The notes under the pieces are model-generated. The model was not told the DNA's origin, did not search any database, and worked only from the letters and a program-made list of their open reading frames with translations. The position numbers and the translations under genes are program-made. From positions 5,131 through 69,130 of the forward strand of contig CAZDLY010000005.1 in the NCBI GenBank assembly GCA_964506575.1: a stretch of DNA of 64,000 nt, given 5' to 3'. The DNA comes from an uncultured Akkermansia sp. (GTDB taxonomy: Bacteria; Verrucomicrobiota; Kiritimatiellia; RFP12; JAAYNR01). Shown here in pieces: positions 26,158 through 35,048 of this stretch (its first letter is position 1; every line of letters starts with the position of its first letter).

Positions 26158-27111
26158 TCAGGACCCCGATGGCGCGCGCGGCCCGGCATCGACGTCCGGA
26201 GCGGGGGTGCCCTCGGCGGGGGGGGGTGGAGACACGGGCCGTGCGGCGTCGGCGGGGTTGACGGCCTTGGCGGCATTCTCGATGTCACCGGCGTCAACGG
26301 ATACCAGGCCAGCCCGTCCCGCCGAATAGGCGAAGCACTCCGGATGTTTGCCGTCGGGGCCCACGGCGAAAACCGCCACGATCAGGCGGCCGCCGACCGG
26401 GGCGTATTCGCGCCAGATCTTGACCGTCGCGTTGGGGACGGCGTTAAACAGCAGCGGTTGCGGTGTCCCGTTGTCGAGGGTGATGACGGCATCGCCGGCC
26501 TCGACGGCGATCCGGGTGAAGCTGCGGTCGGCCGCCGTCTCGATTCGGAACGCGCACCCGGCCGGGACGCCGGCCATGGCGAACTGGTTGCCGTCGATGC
26601 GGACGCCGCCCTTGACGACCGAGACCCGGGTGGAAAGCAGATCAGCGGCGGCGGGGAGGATCGTCACCACGGCGTGTCCGGAGAAACCGGACACCGCATA
26701 GTCGGGCGTTGCGACGGCAAGCGCCGACGCCGGGGTGTCCCGGTCGGCCAGCACCTGCACCTCGCCGGCGAGGAGCGTGATGATGCGGTTGGTGGGCGCA
26801 TCGGGCGCACGCTCGACAATCGCCTGGGTGGCTTCGCCCAGGGTGACCGACGGATCCCTCTCGGCGGCGGCCCCGGCGAACGCGATGACCGCCGATCCGG
26901 CCGGTCCGGTCTGGATGGCCGTGCCGAACGGATACGCTTTTCGGTCGACGGCCGGCGCAAAGGCGGTGTCGCCGGGGCGTCTGACGTGACAGGCGCCCTG
27001 GACGCGGGTCAACTGAAAGAGCGGGACGACGCTGGCGTGTTGCGCCTGCAGCGTTCCCGTCAGAAGCGCGGCGCCGAGAAGCAGGCGATGGACGGACAAG
27101 TGCATGATCAT
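26158..27111 (-). CDS. Secreted beta-rich protein (FecR-domain-like), unknown function
   Basis: 317 aa from ATG 27111 (GGAG upstream). The signal peptide is MIMHLSVHRLLLGAALLTGTLQA. Pattern ..VQGACHVRRPGDTAFAPAV..YPFGTAIQTGPAGSAVIAF.. resembles FecR-type beta sandwiches. It is divergent from the pilus-like locus. Confidence 0.45.
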   Translation of the reverse strand: MIMHLSVHRLLLGAALLTGTLQAQHASVVPLFQLTRVQGACHVRRPGDTAFAPAVDRKAYPFGTAIQTGPAGSAVIAFAGAAAERDPSVTLGEATQAIVERAPDAPTNRIITLLAGEVQVLADRDTPASALAVATPDYAVSGFSGHAVVTILPAAADLLSTRVSVVKGGVRIDGNQFAMAGVPAGCAFRIETAADRSFTRIAVEAGDAVITLDNGTPQPLLFNAVPNATVKIWREYAPVGGRLIVAVFAVGPDGKHPECFAYSAGRAGLVSVDAGDIENAAKAVNPADAARPVSPPPPAEGTPAPDVDAGPRAPSGS

Positions 27112-27338
27112 CAGTGACTCCTTCTCATTTATCCCGCGTTCCGGTGAACGCCCGCGCCATCGGACGGACGGACGGACAGTCGGGCGGATGCACGTGAATG
27201 GCCATAGTGTATCCCAAGGCAACCGGCGCGTCAATTGCAACAAAAAGTTTTTTTGATTTTCCCTATTGCGGTTATCGCTGAAACACGGTACAGTGTTCTG
27301 AAACTGTGGTGAATCACGTGCTTTGAAAGGGGCCGGCC

Positions 27339-28016
27339 ATGAAACGGATTTTCGTGCTGCGGATAGTGTTGACGCTGGCGGGCGTGGTTTCGTTCCTCGT
27401 CGTGGTTGACCGCGCCGATGCTCAGATCGCGCCGGTCGGGCGGCCGGCGGCTCCGGCGACTCGCGCGGACAGCAAGCCGGGCGTGCTGCGGATTCGCAGA
27501 ATGCCCAAGCCCAGCCGCGCGGTGATGGTGCGAACACCGGAATTCCAGACCAGCGTGGGGCGCAGTTCGCGCACCCCCAAGAATCGGGAGTGGGCGCTTC
27601 TGGAATTCGAATACGAGACGACGCCCGAGTGGATAGACTCCCTGGACATCGCCTATTCGGTGATGACGCGGACGAAGGGATCCAACGGCAAGGATGCCTA
27701 CAGCCTCTTCCAGTCGCGTCTGACGTACATTGACATTCAGAAGGGCGAGCACACGAGCTGCGTAATACTGGCGCCGAACACGCTCGCCCGTTTTGGCGAA
27801 CCCGTGGCGGTCGCGATTGAGATCTATCAGGATGGAACGCTGCTGGAAGGCAGGTCCGAGGTTGCGCCCCGGGAGACGTCCCTGCCCGCGGAGGACTGGT
27901 GGAAGAACCCCCGGATCATCGACAATCCTCTGGTGACCCGGCGCGAGGGCTTGCTGGAGCGCAGCAAGACGCCCTTCGCGCTGATCAACATGGACGATTA
28001 CGAGGCGGTGAAATAG
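27339..28016 (+). CDS. Secreted protein, first gene of the pilus-like locus (position equivalent to Amuc_1102)
   Basis: 225 aa with signal peptide MKRIFVLRIVLTLAGVVSFLVVVDRADA. Its stop TAG at 28014-16 overlaps the GTG start of the next gene by 1 nt. Confidence 0.6.
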   Translation: MKRIFVLRIVLTLAGVVSFLVVVDRADAQIAPVGRPAAPATRADSKPGVLRIRRMPKPSRAVMVRTPEFQTSVGRSSRTPKNREWALLEFEYETTPEWIDSLDIAYSVMTRTKGSNGKDAYSLFQSRLTYIDIQKGEHTSCVILAPNTLARFGEPVAVAIEIYQDGTLLEGRSEVAPRETSLPAEDWWKNPRIIDNPLVTRREGLLERSKTPFALINMDDYEAVK

Positions 28017-29677
28017 TGTTCGCGGCAGACCACATACTGGCTCTAAACGTCGGCGCCGGCAAACTGGCGCTGGCGGAGTTTTCCGTCAGACAGGGGCGCG
28101 TCCCGGTTCTGTTGAACTACGGCTTCGGCGAGTTCGGCATGGATCCGGAGAACGAATCGGCGTCGAGCGCCTTCCTGATTGCGGCGCTGAAAGACGTGAT
28201 GAACGCCCGGGGGATCCGTCCCGCGCCGTTGCTGATGGCGGTTTCGGGGCAGCTCGTCTTCCCGCGGTTTCCCAAGATGCCTCCCGTGTCCAAGGACAAG
28301 CTGGTGCAAATGATCCAGCTCGACGCGGAGCAGAATGTGCCGTTTCCGATCACCGAGCTGGTCTGGGACTACCAGTTGATCGGCGGGGTGTCCGAGGGCG
28401 AGCAGAACGTCATGATCGTGGCCGCGAAGAACGAGACGGTGTCCGAACTCATCGTTTCGGTGGTGGAGGCCGGTCTCGATCCCGAAGTCATCGATGTCGC
28501 GCCGATGGCGCTTTACAATTGCGTCCGTTACAACTATCCCGATCTGGACGGCTGTTCGATGATTGTGGACATCGGCGCCCGGTCCACCAATCTGGTGTTC
28601 ATCGAGGAAGGCCGGTTTTTCAGCCGCTGCATCCCGGTGGCGGGCAACGCCATCACGCAGGAGCTGGCCAAGAGCTTCCAGATCGGGCATCGGGCGGCCG
28701 AGGCGCTGAAGCGGGAATGCGCGTTCGTCGCCCTCGGAGGCGTGTTTGCGCCGGTCGGTGACGAACGGGCGGACCGCGTGTCGAAGGTGGTGCGCAACGT
28801 GATCACCCGGCTGCACGCCGAAATCAGCCGGTCCATCGCCTTTTACAGGAGCCAGCAGGGGGGAAGCGCGCCCAACCGCGTCTTCCTGACCGGCGGGTCG
28901 AGCGTGATTCCCCACATGAACACGTTCTTCGCCGACAAGCTGCAGGTGGAAGTCCAGTATCTCAATCCCTTCCTGCACGTGGCGCTGGCGCCGCCGATCA
29001 ACACGGAACAGCTCGGCCGGGACGCCTTCATGCTGGCCGAGGTGATCGGTCTGGCCCTGCGGCGCAAGCTGGCCTGTCCGGTGGAAATCAACCTGCTGCC
29101 GCCCGCGCTGGCGCGGCGCAAGACCTTCCGGCGGCGGATTCCCTACTTTGGCCTGGCGGCCGCGGGTCTCGTGTTGACGGCCGGTGTCTGGACGATCTAC
29201 ACGAAGGGGACGCTCAAGCTCTACGAAAGGCAGGCCCAGCAGGTGGAAGAGCGCGTGAACCAGTTGAGAAACGAGCAGAAGAAGCTCGATGCCGCGCGGG
29301 CTCAATTCACCGCCGTTCAAAAGGAGGCGGACGCGATCCGGGGCCGGATTGCCGGCCGCACGCAACTGGTGCGTGCGATGGACGCGATACGGGAGTGCCT
29401 CTTTCCCGGAATGTGGCTGACCTCGATCGAGCCGGTCCGCAACCCGCAGGGCGAGCTGGTTCAGTTGCGCCTGTCGGGCCGCGGGTGGGTGGATCGGCTG
29501 AAGGAACTGGAAAACAAGAACGACGGGCCGGCAACGGCAGTGGAACTGTTCCGCGATCAATTGAAGATGCGGCCGATCTTTGCGACCGACGGGGTGAAGA
29601 TCACGAACGAGCGGGAAGAGGCGGACGGATCGGTGCGCGGATTCGTGGTGGAGGCGGCCTTGTCACCGATTTCTTGA
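28016..29677 (+). CDS. pilM: PilM (actin-like ATPase) fused to a PilN-like membrane/coiled-coil module
   Basis: ..ILALNVGAGKLALAEF.., ..MIVDIGARSTNLVFIE.., ..VFLTGGSSVIPHM.. are PilM/FtsA-type actin-fold motifs. These are followed by EINLLPPALARRK (the PilN INLLP motif), a TM helix (YFGLAAAGLVLTAGVWTIY) and a coiled coil. GTG 28016 is the only plausible start after the upstream stop. Confidence 0.8.
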   Translation: MFAADHILALNVGAGKLALAEFSVRQGRVPVLLNYGFGEFGMDPENESASSAFLIAALKDVMNARGIRPAPLLMAVSGQLVFPRFPKMPPVSKDKLVQMIQLDAEQNVPFPITELVWDYQLIGGVSEGEQNVMIVAAKNETVSELIVSVVEAGLDPEVIDVAPMALYNCVRYNYPDLDGCSMIVDIGARSTNLVFIEEGRFFSRCIPVAGNAITQELAKSFQIGHRAAEALKRECAFVALGGVFAPVGDERADRVSKVVRNVITRLHAEISRSIAFYRSQQGGSAPNRVFLTGGSSVIPHMNTFFADKLQVEVQYLNPFLHVALAPPINTEQLGRDAFMLAEVIGLALRRKLACPVEINLLPPALARRKTFRRRIPYFGLAAAGLVLTAGVWTIYTKGTLKLYERQAQQVEERVNQLRNEQKKLDAARAQFTAVQKEADAIRGRIAGRTQLVRAMDAIRECLFPGMWLTSIEPVRNPQGELVQLRLSGRGWVDRLKELENKNDGPATAVELFRDQLKMRPIFATDGVKITNEREEADGSVRGFVVEAALSPIS

Positions 29678-29694
29678 GAAGGGCCGGATCGGAC

Positions 29695-30597
29695 ATGCAG
29701 AAAAAGCAGATTATGGTGTTCGGGTTGAGCGTGGCGATGGCCGGCGTGCTGGTCCGCAGCGGGTGCGTCCTGGCGTCGGCTTTGTCGCACACGGAGGATG
29801 TCGCCCGGCAACGCGATGACAAGCGCGCGGAACTGGGGCGGATGTATAATGAGCCGGTGTTCCCCTCCCCCGCCCATGTGGCGATGATCCGGAATGACGC
29901 CAGTGACCTGACGAACTGGAAAACCGGCTTCATCGAGACCCAGCGGGCCATCCTGCAGGTCGAGACGAATCTGTCGCCCTCGCAATTCAAGATTCAAGTC
30001 CTCCAGCCTGCCATCCGGGAACTCGCCAAGACACAGACGGACGGGGGGTCGCGCATCGTCGCCGCCGATTTTGCATTCGGCTTTGACGCCTACATTCCGG
30101 GGGACCGGATGCCGGCGGTCGCCGACATCCCCAAACTGGCGATGCAGCTTGAAATGACACGGCGGCTGTGTCGCGAGGTGTTCGCGGCCAACATCATCGC
30201 CCTGCGCCAGTTCCAGAACGCCGTCTCCGAAAGCGCGGCTCCCGTCTCCCCGGCTTCCGCATTGCGGGTCAACAGGCTCGGCGCCCCGGCGGCCCCGCCC
30301 CGCCCGACCGCCGACCCCGATGGCCCGTCCCGCGCCCTGACCGGCCGGCATGCTTTTACGCTGGAGTTTACAGCCCGTAAGGATGCGATGCTGACCGTTC
30401 TGAACCGGCTCGCGACCTGCGACCTGTTTGTGACGGTGAAGGCGATTGACGTCCGGAAGTCCGGAACGGATGTGAAAGCGCCGCCTGAAAAATGGAGCGA
30501 GATGGGTGACACGCACCATCAGCAACGGGTGGTCTCGGGTCCCGAACTGGATGCGCCCCTGTTGGTTCGCATGACGGTTGAAGTCGAGCTTTTCTGA
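29695..30597 (+). CDS. PilO-like / Amuc_1100-like membrane-anchored protein
   Basis: 300 aa. N-terminal TM (IMVFGLSVAMAGVLV), a coiled coil, a Pro/Ala-rich linker, and a C-terminal block ..LTVLNRLATCDLFVTVKAIDVRKSG..QQRVVSGPELDAPLLVRMTVEVELF. By recall this block parallels the Amuc_1100 C-terminus (..AMNAITGMQDYLFTVNSIRIRNE..QQVIKPYMGKEQVFVQVSLNLVHF). Confidence 0.6.
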   Translation: MQKKQIMVFGLSVAMAGVLVRSGCVLASALSHTEDVARQRDDKRAELGRMYNEPVFPSPAHVAMIRNDASDLTNWKTGFIETQRAILQVETNLSPSQFKIQVLQPAIRELAKTQTDGGSRIVAADFAFGFDAYIPGDRMPAVADIPKLAMQLEMTRRLCREVFAANIIALRQFQNAVSESAAPVSPASALRVNRLGAPAAPPRPTADPDGPSRALTGRHAFTLEFTARKDAMLTVLNRLATCDLFVTVKAIDVRKSGTDVKAPPEKWSEMGDTHHQQRVVSGPELDAPLLVRMTVEVELF

Positions 30598-30607
30598 GGG
30601 GTCTGCC

Positions 30608-31657
30608 GTGGCAAAAATTGGGAATCAATCGGCGTTGATTGAGCAGTACGACAAGGTGCTGGCGGTTGTCGTGCTGGTGGGTCTCTTGTTGTCGTTGCTG
30701 TGGCTGACGTCCTCGCGTGAGCGGCGGCAACAGGAGGAAAACGCCTATCAGAACGCTTTGAACGCGCTCACGCCCAGGCCGCTGGAAGGCCCTCGATTCG
30801 ATATGGGCGTGTACTCCAATGCGCAGACGCAACTCGTCCATCCCAAGCAGATCGCCCTGGACACTCCGGATCTGGGACTCTTTGTGCCTGAGCGCCGCGT
30901 CTGGTGCGTCAAATGCTCCAAGCCCATCCCGTATGCCGCCGAAACCTGCCCGTTCTGCAGCGAGGCGCAACCGAAACTGGCAGGTCCGGTTCCCGACACC
31001 GACGGCGACGGCATGTTCGACGTCTGGGAGCGTCAGTACGGCTTTGATCCGTTCGATCCGAGCGATGCCGCCGGCGACGTCGACGGGGACGGCTTCAGCA
31101 ACGTCGAAGAATTTCTGGCCAGAACCGATCCGCGTGATGCCCAAAACCACCCGCCGATCGATGTGCTCCTACGGGTCAAGGATGTGGTTGCCAAGCGTAT
31201 CCCGCTGGCGTTGCGCGGAAAAAGCGGGATGCCCGATGGCAAGTTCCAATGCCAGTTCACCCAGCAGGACGGTGAACGGCGGTCGTTCTTCGTCCGAGAG
31301 GGAGAAGCGATCAGCAACGACTGGTCCAACACCGGTTTCGTCCTGCTGGAGTTCACCGAAAGTTTTGAGAAACGGCCTCACCCGACCCTCGGGTCTGTCA
31401 CGGTTGAGACGTCCGTCGCCACGATCAAGCGACTGGCCGACGAGAAGGTGTTTCGCCTGCGAATGAACGACGAGGAGTTTTCGGAGACGGTGGCCGAATT
31501 GGTTCTCCCCGCGGATGGATCGACCTATGCCGTCGTCGCGGGGGGCACATTCGCCCTGCGAGGCGAACGCTATAACGTAATCAGTGTTGACAACAAGGCC
31601 CAAACTGTTGTAATAGAAAGCACATCAACTCGGAAAAGGTTGACGCTCGGGAGGTAG
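30608..31657 (+). CDS. Membrane-anchored zinc-ribbon + calcium-binding (TSP3/DxDxDG) repeat protein (position equivalent to Amuc_1099)
   Basis: TM LAVVVLVGLLLSLLWL; zinc ribbon CVKCSKPIPYAAETCPFC; two D-x-D-x-DG loops (DTDGDGMFDVWE.., DVDGDGFSNVEEF); a beta-rich C-terminal domain. The start is either GTG 30608 (after the upstream stop, GAGGGG RBS) or ATG 30578 (20-nt overlap). Confidence 0.6.
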   Translation: MAKIGNQSALIEQYDKVLAVVVLVGLLLSLLWLTSSRERRQQEENAYQNALNALTPRPLEGPRFDMGVYSNAQTQLVHPKQIALDTPDLGLFVPERRVWCVKCSKPIPYAAETCPFCSEAQPKLAGPVPDTDGDGMFDVWERQYGFDPFDPSDAAGDVDGDGFSNVEEFLARTDPRDAQNHPPIDVLLRVKDVVAKRIPLALRGKSGMPDGKFQCQFTQQDGERRSFFVREGEAISNDWSNTGFVLLEFTESFEKRPHPTLGSVTVETSVATIKRLADEKVFRLRMNDEEFSETVAELVLPADGSTYAVVAGGTFALRGERYNVISVDNKAQTVVIESTSTRKRLTLGR

Positions 31658-31737
31658 GGCGGATGCGTCGTCCGTCAGAATGGTTTCACGGTTCCACTTA
31701 TTTTTAATTGCTGTCTGTTCTAAAGGAGTCCCCCCCA

Positions 31738-34734
31738 ATGACCGGTTCATCTCGCTCGATGCGTGTTCAACTGACCGCAGCCGTTCTTGTTCTCGCCGGC
31801 GCGTGGGCGCACGCGCAGGACGATCATGGCGACATCGACGCGCTGCTGCAGGATTTGGGCGGTGGCGCGAAGCCGAAAGCCGCACCCGCCGTCCCGGTTG
31901 TCGCGGTTCCGGAGCCGGAAGCCCCTCCCCCCGCCGACGCCGGGACAGACCCCGTCAAGGCCGTGGTTGCCGAGCCGTTGCCCGGAGACGAGCCGTTGCC
32001 CGGAGACGAGCCGGAGGCCGGGACGGCCCCGGCGGAGCCAGAGGGAACAGGGGCCGACGCCGATCCCGCCGCGCCGGATGTTCTGAGCACTCCGGAATCG
32101 CGCGAGGCCGTGATTTCGGAACTGGCGACCCTTGAACGGATGCGCCGCGAAGCCAAGATCAGGCAGGGCGAAAATGAACTGGCGGCGGCACGGGAGGATC
32201 TGGCCAAAGGGCGGTATGACGAGGCCAAACGCAAGTTTTCGAACGCGCTGAGCTATATTCCGGACACGCCCGGCACCCGTGATTCGCGCATCGCGGCCGA
32301 GAAGGGGCTGGCCAACGCGCATTATCAGCATGCGCTGTCCCTCCGCAAAAAAGGGCTTCTGGACCAGGCGCTCGTCGAGGCGCGCACCGCGCAGGGCAAA
32401 GGCCAGGCACAGGCCGACCGGTTGATTGGAATGATCCAGAAAGAGCAGAAACTTCCGCCGATAAAGCCCGAGACCGTCGAGGTGCCGCGCGTGAGCCAGC
32501 CCGATTTCAAGGAGGATCGCGAGAAGGCGGCGGCCGGCCTGCGCCGCGCCCGCCAGCACTATGTGGCCGGCGAGTACGCCCGGGCGCGGGACGAGGCGGA
32601 ACTGGTCGTCAAGGATGAGCCGTTCAATACCGAGGCCATCCGCCTGCTCCGCCGCATCGCCGAACGGATGAACGAGGTTTCGAACCTGGAGCATCTGACC
32701 ACCCGCGAGCGGATGATCCGCGACGTGAGCGCCGCCTGGACGCCCGACCGGTATGGCGTCGACGCCGCCTTTGCCGTCGACCTGAAACCGAAGGCTGACG
32801 ACCCGTCCCTCGTCAGCAAGGCGCCGGACAAGGGCCTCTCGCAGGAGCAGGAAATCCAGAAGAAGATGCAGACGATCATGATTCCGTCGGTCCAGTTCAA
32901 CAAAGCCAACATCACCGATGTCATTTCGTTCCTCGAGAAGGCCAGCCGCGAGTACGACGCCGAAAAGGCGCCCGAGAAGCGCGGCATCAACTTTGTAATC
33001 AAGCCCGGCGGTGGCGGCGGGGCAACCCCTCCAAGCGGCGGCACGGCGACGCCCGATCCCTTTTCGCCCGCGGCAACCGGAGACGGGACGGCGGACGGCC
33101 TCGGCGCCGGGCCCATCACGTTCTCGGCCCACTATGTGACCCTGTACAGCGTCCTGAATACCGTCTTGGACGTCTCCAACATGAAGTTCAGGATCAAGGG
33201 CAACATCGTCACCATCATGCCGATGAACGTCCCGGACGACATCCTCATCACACGCTCCTACAACGTCCTGCCGACGCTCACCGAACGCGTCTTGTCCACT
33301 CACAAGGAGATCGCCCCGGGCGGTGGCTTGGACACCCCGCCCGATATGAGCTCGGCGACCGACTGGAAGGGTTTCTTCGGACAGATGGGCATCAAATGGC
33401 CCGAAGGTTCGGCCATCTCCTATCTGGCGACCATCGGCAAGCTCCGCGTGTCCAACACGGCAGACAATCTGGCCAATTTTGAGCAGGTGCTCGAGGAACT
33501 CAACGTCACCCCGCGCCAGATCGAGGTCGAAGCCCGCTTTGTCGAAGTCGCCCAGGAAGATCTCAACTCCCTCGGGTTCGAGTGGATCCTGAATGGAAAC
33601 CTGGGGATCAACACGGGGATCGGGTCGCTCGACAACTTCACATCCCTCCCGGATGGCAATCTGAATCCGCTGAGCGGCAATGCTTTTCTTGGCCCATACA
33701 AGTCGGGCGATCTGATTTTTGACGGCGGAGGGTCGGGCGGAAGGTGGGCCGATGTGGTGACCCCAGGCGTGCCGGATCCCCTCAATCCGGGAGGCTGGTT
33801 GATACCCCCCGGATCGTCGAGACAGTGGCAATGGGATACCAAGCCGCCCGCGAAGAGTTTCGGCCGCGGCATGCGTTTCCTCGACTCGACCGGAAACGGC
33901 GTGACCCCCGCCGGGACCACCAAGAATGACGACCTGCTGAAGCTGACCGCCGGGCTGGACGGCAACGCGATCTCCATGATCCTCCATGCGCTCAGCCAGA
34001 AGACGAGCACGGACGTCCTCTCCGCTCCCAAGGTGGTCACCAAGTCGGGCCAGGAGGCCATCATGAAGGTCATCACCGAATTCATCTACCCGACCACCTT
34101 TGACGTGCAGACCACTCCGACCACCACCGGCACTACCGGCAACACCATCCCGGGTGCAACGACGGTGGCGCCCTCGGACTTCGAAACCCGCGATGTCGGC
34201 GTGATTCTGCAGGTGCTCCCGGAGGTTTCGGCCGATGGCCAGATGATCAACCTGATGATGAACCCCCAGGTCGTCGCGCCGCCTGAGTGGAAGAATTACG
34301 GGTCGAAGGTTCCCCAATACACGCAGGAGACAGTAGTGGATCTTCTGGGACGATCAATCACGCGCACCGTGTTGCTGACGGATGCCGACGGCAACCCGAT
34401 TTATCTGGAGCAGCCCATGGAACAGCCGATCTTCAGGGTGCGGTCGGTCTCGACGAGCATCTCGATCTACAACGGCGCCACGGTCGTCATGGGCGGAATG
34501 ATCACCGAGGAGCGTGTGGCCACGTTTGACAAGATCCCGTTCCTTGGCGACCTCCCCTATCTGGGACGCCTGTTCCAGAGCAAGGGGGAGCGGACGGAAA
34601 AGCGCAACCTGCTGATCTTCGTGACGGCTCGCCTCGTGGACCCGGCCGGGCGCGTGGTGCGCACGGCTGGCGAGGAGAAACTGTTCACCGGCCTGCCCGA
34701 GTCGCTGACGGGCGCACCCGCCACGCCGAAATGA
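31738..34734 (+). CDS. Secretin (type II/III secretion system / PilQ family) with a long N-terminal extension
   Basis: 998 aa from ATG 31738 (AAGGAG RBS). Signal peptide ..LVLAGAWAHAQDD; an acidic Pro-rich region; a helical TPR-like region; then the secretin C-domain (..ISMILHALSQKTSTDVLSAPKVVTKSGQEAIMKV.., ..IPFLGDLPYLGRLFQS..NLLIFVTARLV). Confidence 0.85.
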   Translation: MTGSSRSMRVQLTAAVLVLAGAWAHAQDDHGDIDALLQDLGGGAKPKAAPAVPVVAVPEPEAPPPADAGTDPVKAVVAEPLPGDEPLPGDEPEAGTAPAEPEGTGADADPAAPDVLSTPESREAVISELATLERMRREAKIRQGENELAAAREDLAKGRYDEAKRKFSNALSYIPDTPGTRDSRIAAEKGLANAHYQHALSLRKKGLLDQALVEARTAQGKGQAQADRLIGMIQKEQKLPPIKPETVEVPRVSQPDFKEDREKAAAGLRRARQHYVAGEYARARDEAELVVKDEPFNTEAIRLLRRIAERMNEVSNLEHLTTRERMIRDVSAAWTPDRYGVDAAFAVDLKPKADDPSLVSKAPDKGLSQEQEIQKKMQTIMIPSVQFNKANITDVISFLEKASREYDAEKAPEKRGINFVIKPGGGGGATPPSGGTATPDPFSPAATGDGTADGLGAGPITFSAHYVTLYSVLNTVLDVSNMKFRIKGNIVTIMPMNVPDDILITRSYNVLPTLTERVLSTHKEIAPGGGLDTPPDMSSATDWKGFFGQMGIKWPEGSAISYLATIGKLRVSNTADNLANFEQVLEELNVTPRQIEVEARFVEVAQEDLNSLGFEWILNGNLGINTGIGSLDNFTSLPDGNLNPLSGNAFLGPYKSGDLIFDGGGSGGRWADVVTPGVPDPLNPGGWLIPPGSSRQWQWDTKPPAKSFGRGMRFLDSTGNGVTPAGTTKNDDLLKLTAGLDGNAISMILHALSQKTSTDVLSAPKVVTKSGQEAIMKVITEFIYPTTFDVQTTPTTTGTTGNTIPGATTVAPSDFETRDVGVILQVLPEVSADGQMINLMMNPQVVAPPEWKNYGSKVPQYTQETVVDLLGRSITRTVLLTDADGNPIYLEQPMEQPIFRVRSVSTSISIYNGATVVMGGMITEERVATFDKIPFLGDLPYLGRLFQSKGERTEKRNLLIFVTARLVDPAGRVVRTAGEEKLFTGLPESLTGAPATPK
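31972..32007 (+). repeat. Perfect 18-bp tandem duplication inside the secretin gene (EPLPGD x2)
   Basis: gagccgttgcccggagac occurs at 31972-31989 and again at 31990-32007, followed by a partial third copy (gagccgg). Confidence 0.9.
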
Positions 34735-34759
34735 CACTTTCCTGAGAGACTTCTACCCT

Positions 34760-34818
34760 CTTAATCGTGATCCTGATCTTGGAGGCTCCTGCACCCCCCC
34801 ATCCGGGGTGTTTGCAGG
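34760..34818 (+). repeat. Intergenic repeat modules B (cttaatcgtgatcctgatcttgg) and C (ggctcctgcacccccccatccggggtgtttgcagg), contiguous here
   Basis: Module B matches the reverse complement of 43519-43541 (cttaatcgtRatcctRatcttg). Module C matches the reverse complement of 43101-43136 in about 30 of 36 positions. Confidence 0.75.
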
Positions 34819-34822
34819 ATGG

Positions 34823-34854
34823 AAGTCAGAATTCAGAAGTCAGGAGTCAGAATA
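34823..34854 (+). repeat. 7-nt periodic low-complexity module (GAAGTCA-like x4-5)
   Basis: gaagtca gaattca gaagtca ggagtca gaat. Confidence 0.7.
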
Positions 34855-34958
34855 ATAGAATGCGTTGCCCGTGAGAGGGTTCCCATTCTGAATTTTGAAT
34901 GCTGCGCTTGCAGAACCGACGAAGGCGGTTTTGCAAGCGCCTCGCGTCCCTAATATTT

Positions 34959-34978
34959 CCTTCGTGCTCTTCGTTGTG
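34959..34978 (+). repeat. CTTCGTGyTCTTCGTkG module (forward copy)
   Basis: See 10194-10217. The match is short. Confidence 0.3.
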
Positions 34979-35048
34979 CAAATTGCCTTTTTTGGTTCAT
35001 TCACGGTCCCCTGCGATCTTGGCGACTGAAATCCTGTCTCATTTTATG

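Noticed and set aside
31747-34317. 856-aa minus-strand ORF.
   Set aside because: It lies antisense to the secretin gene, whose C-terminal secretin domain motifs are clear. The translation is Arg/Gly/His-rich. The same reasoning rejects other long shadow ORFs: 28043-29560, 17008-18285, 43664-45232, 49608-51368, 54613-56418, 57458-60103 and 36297-37265.
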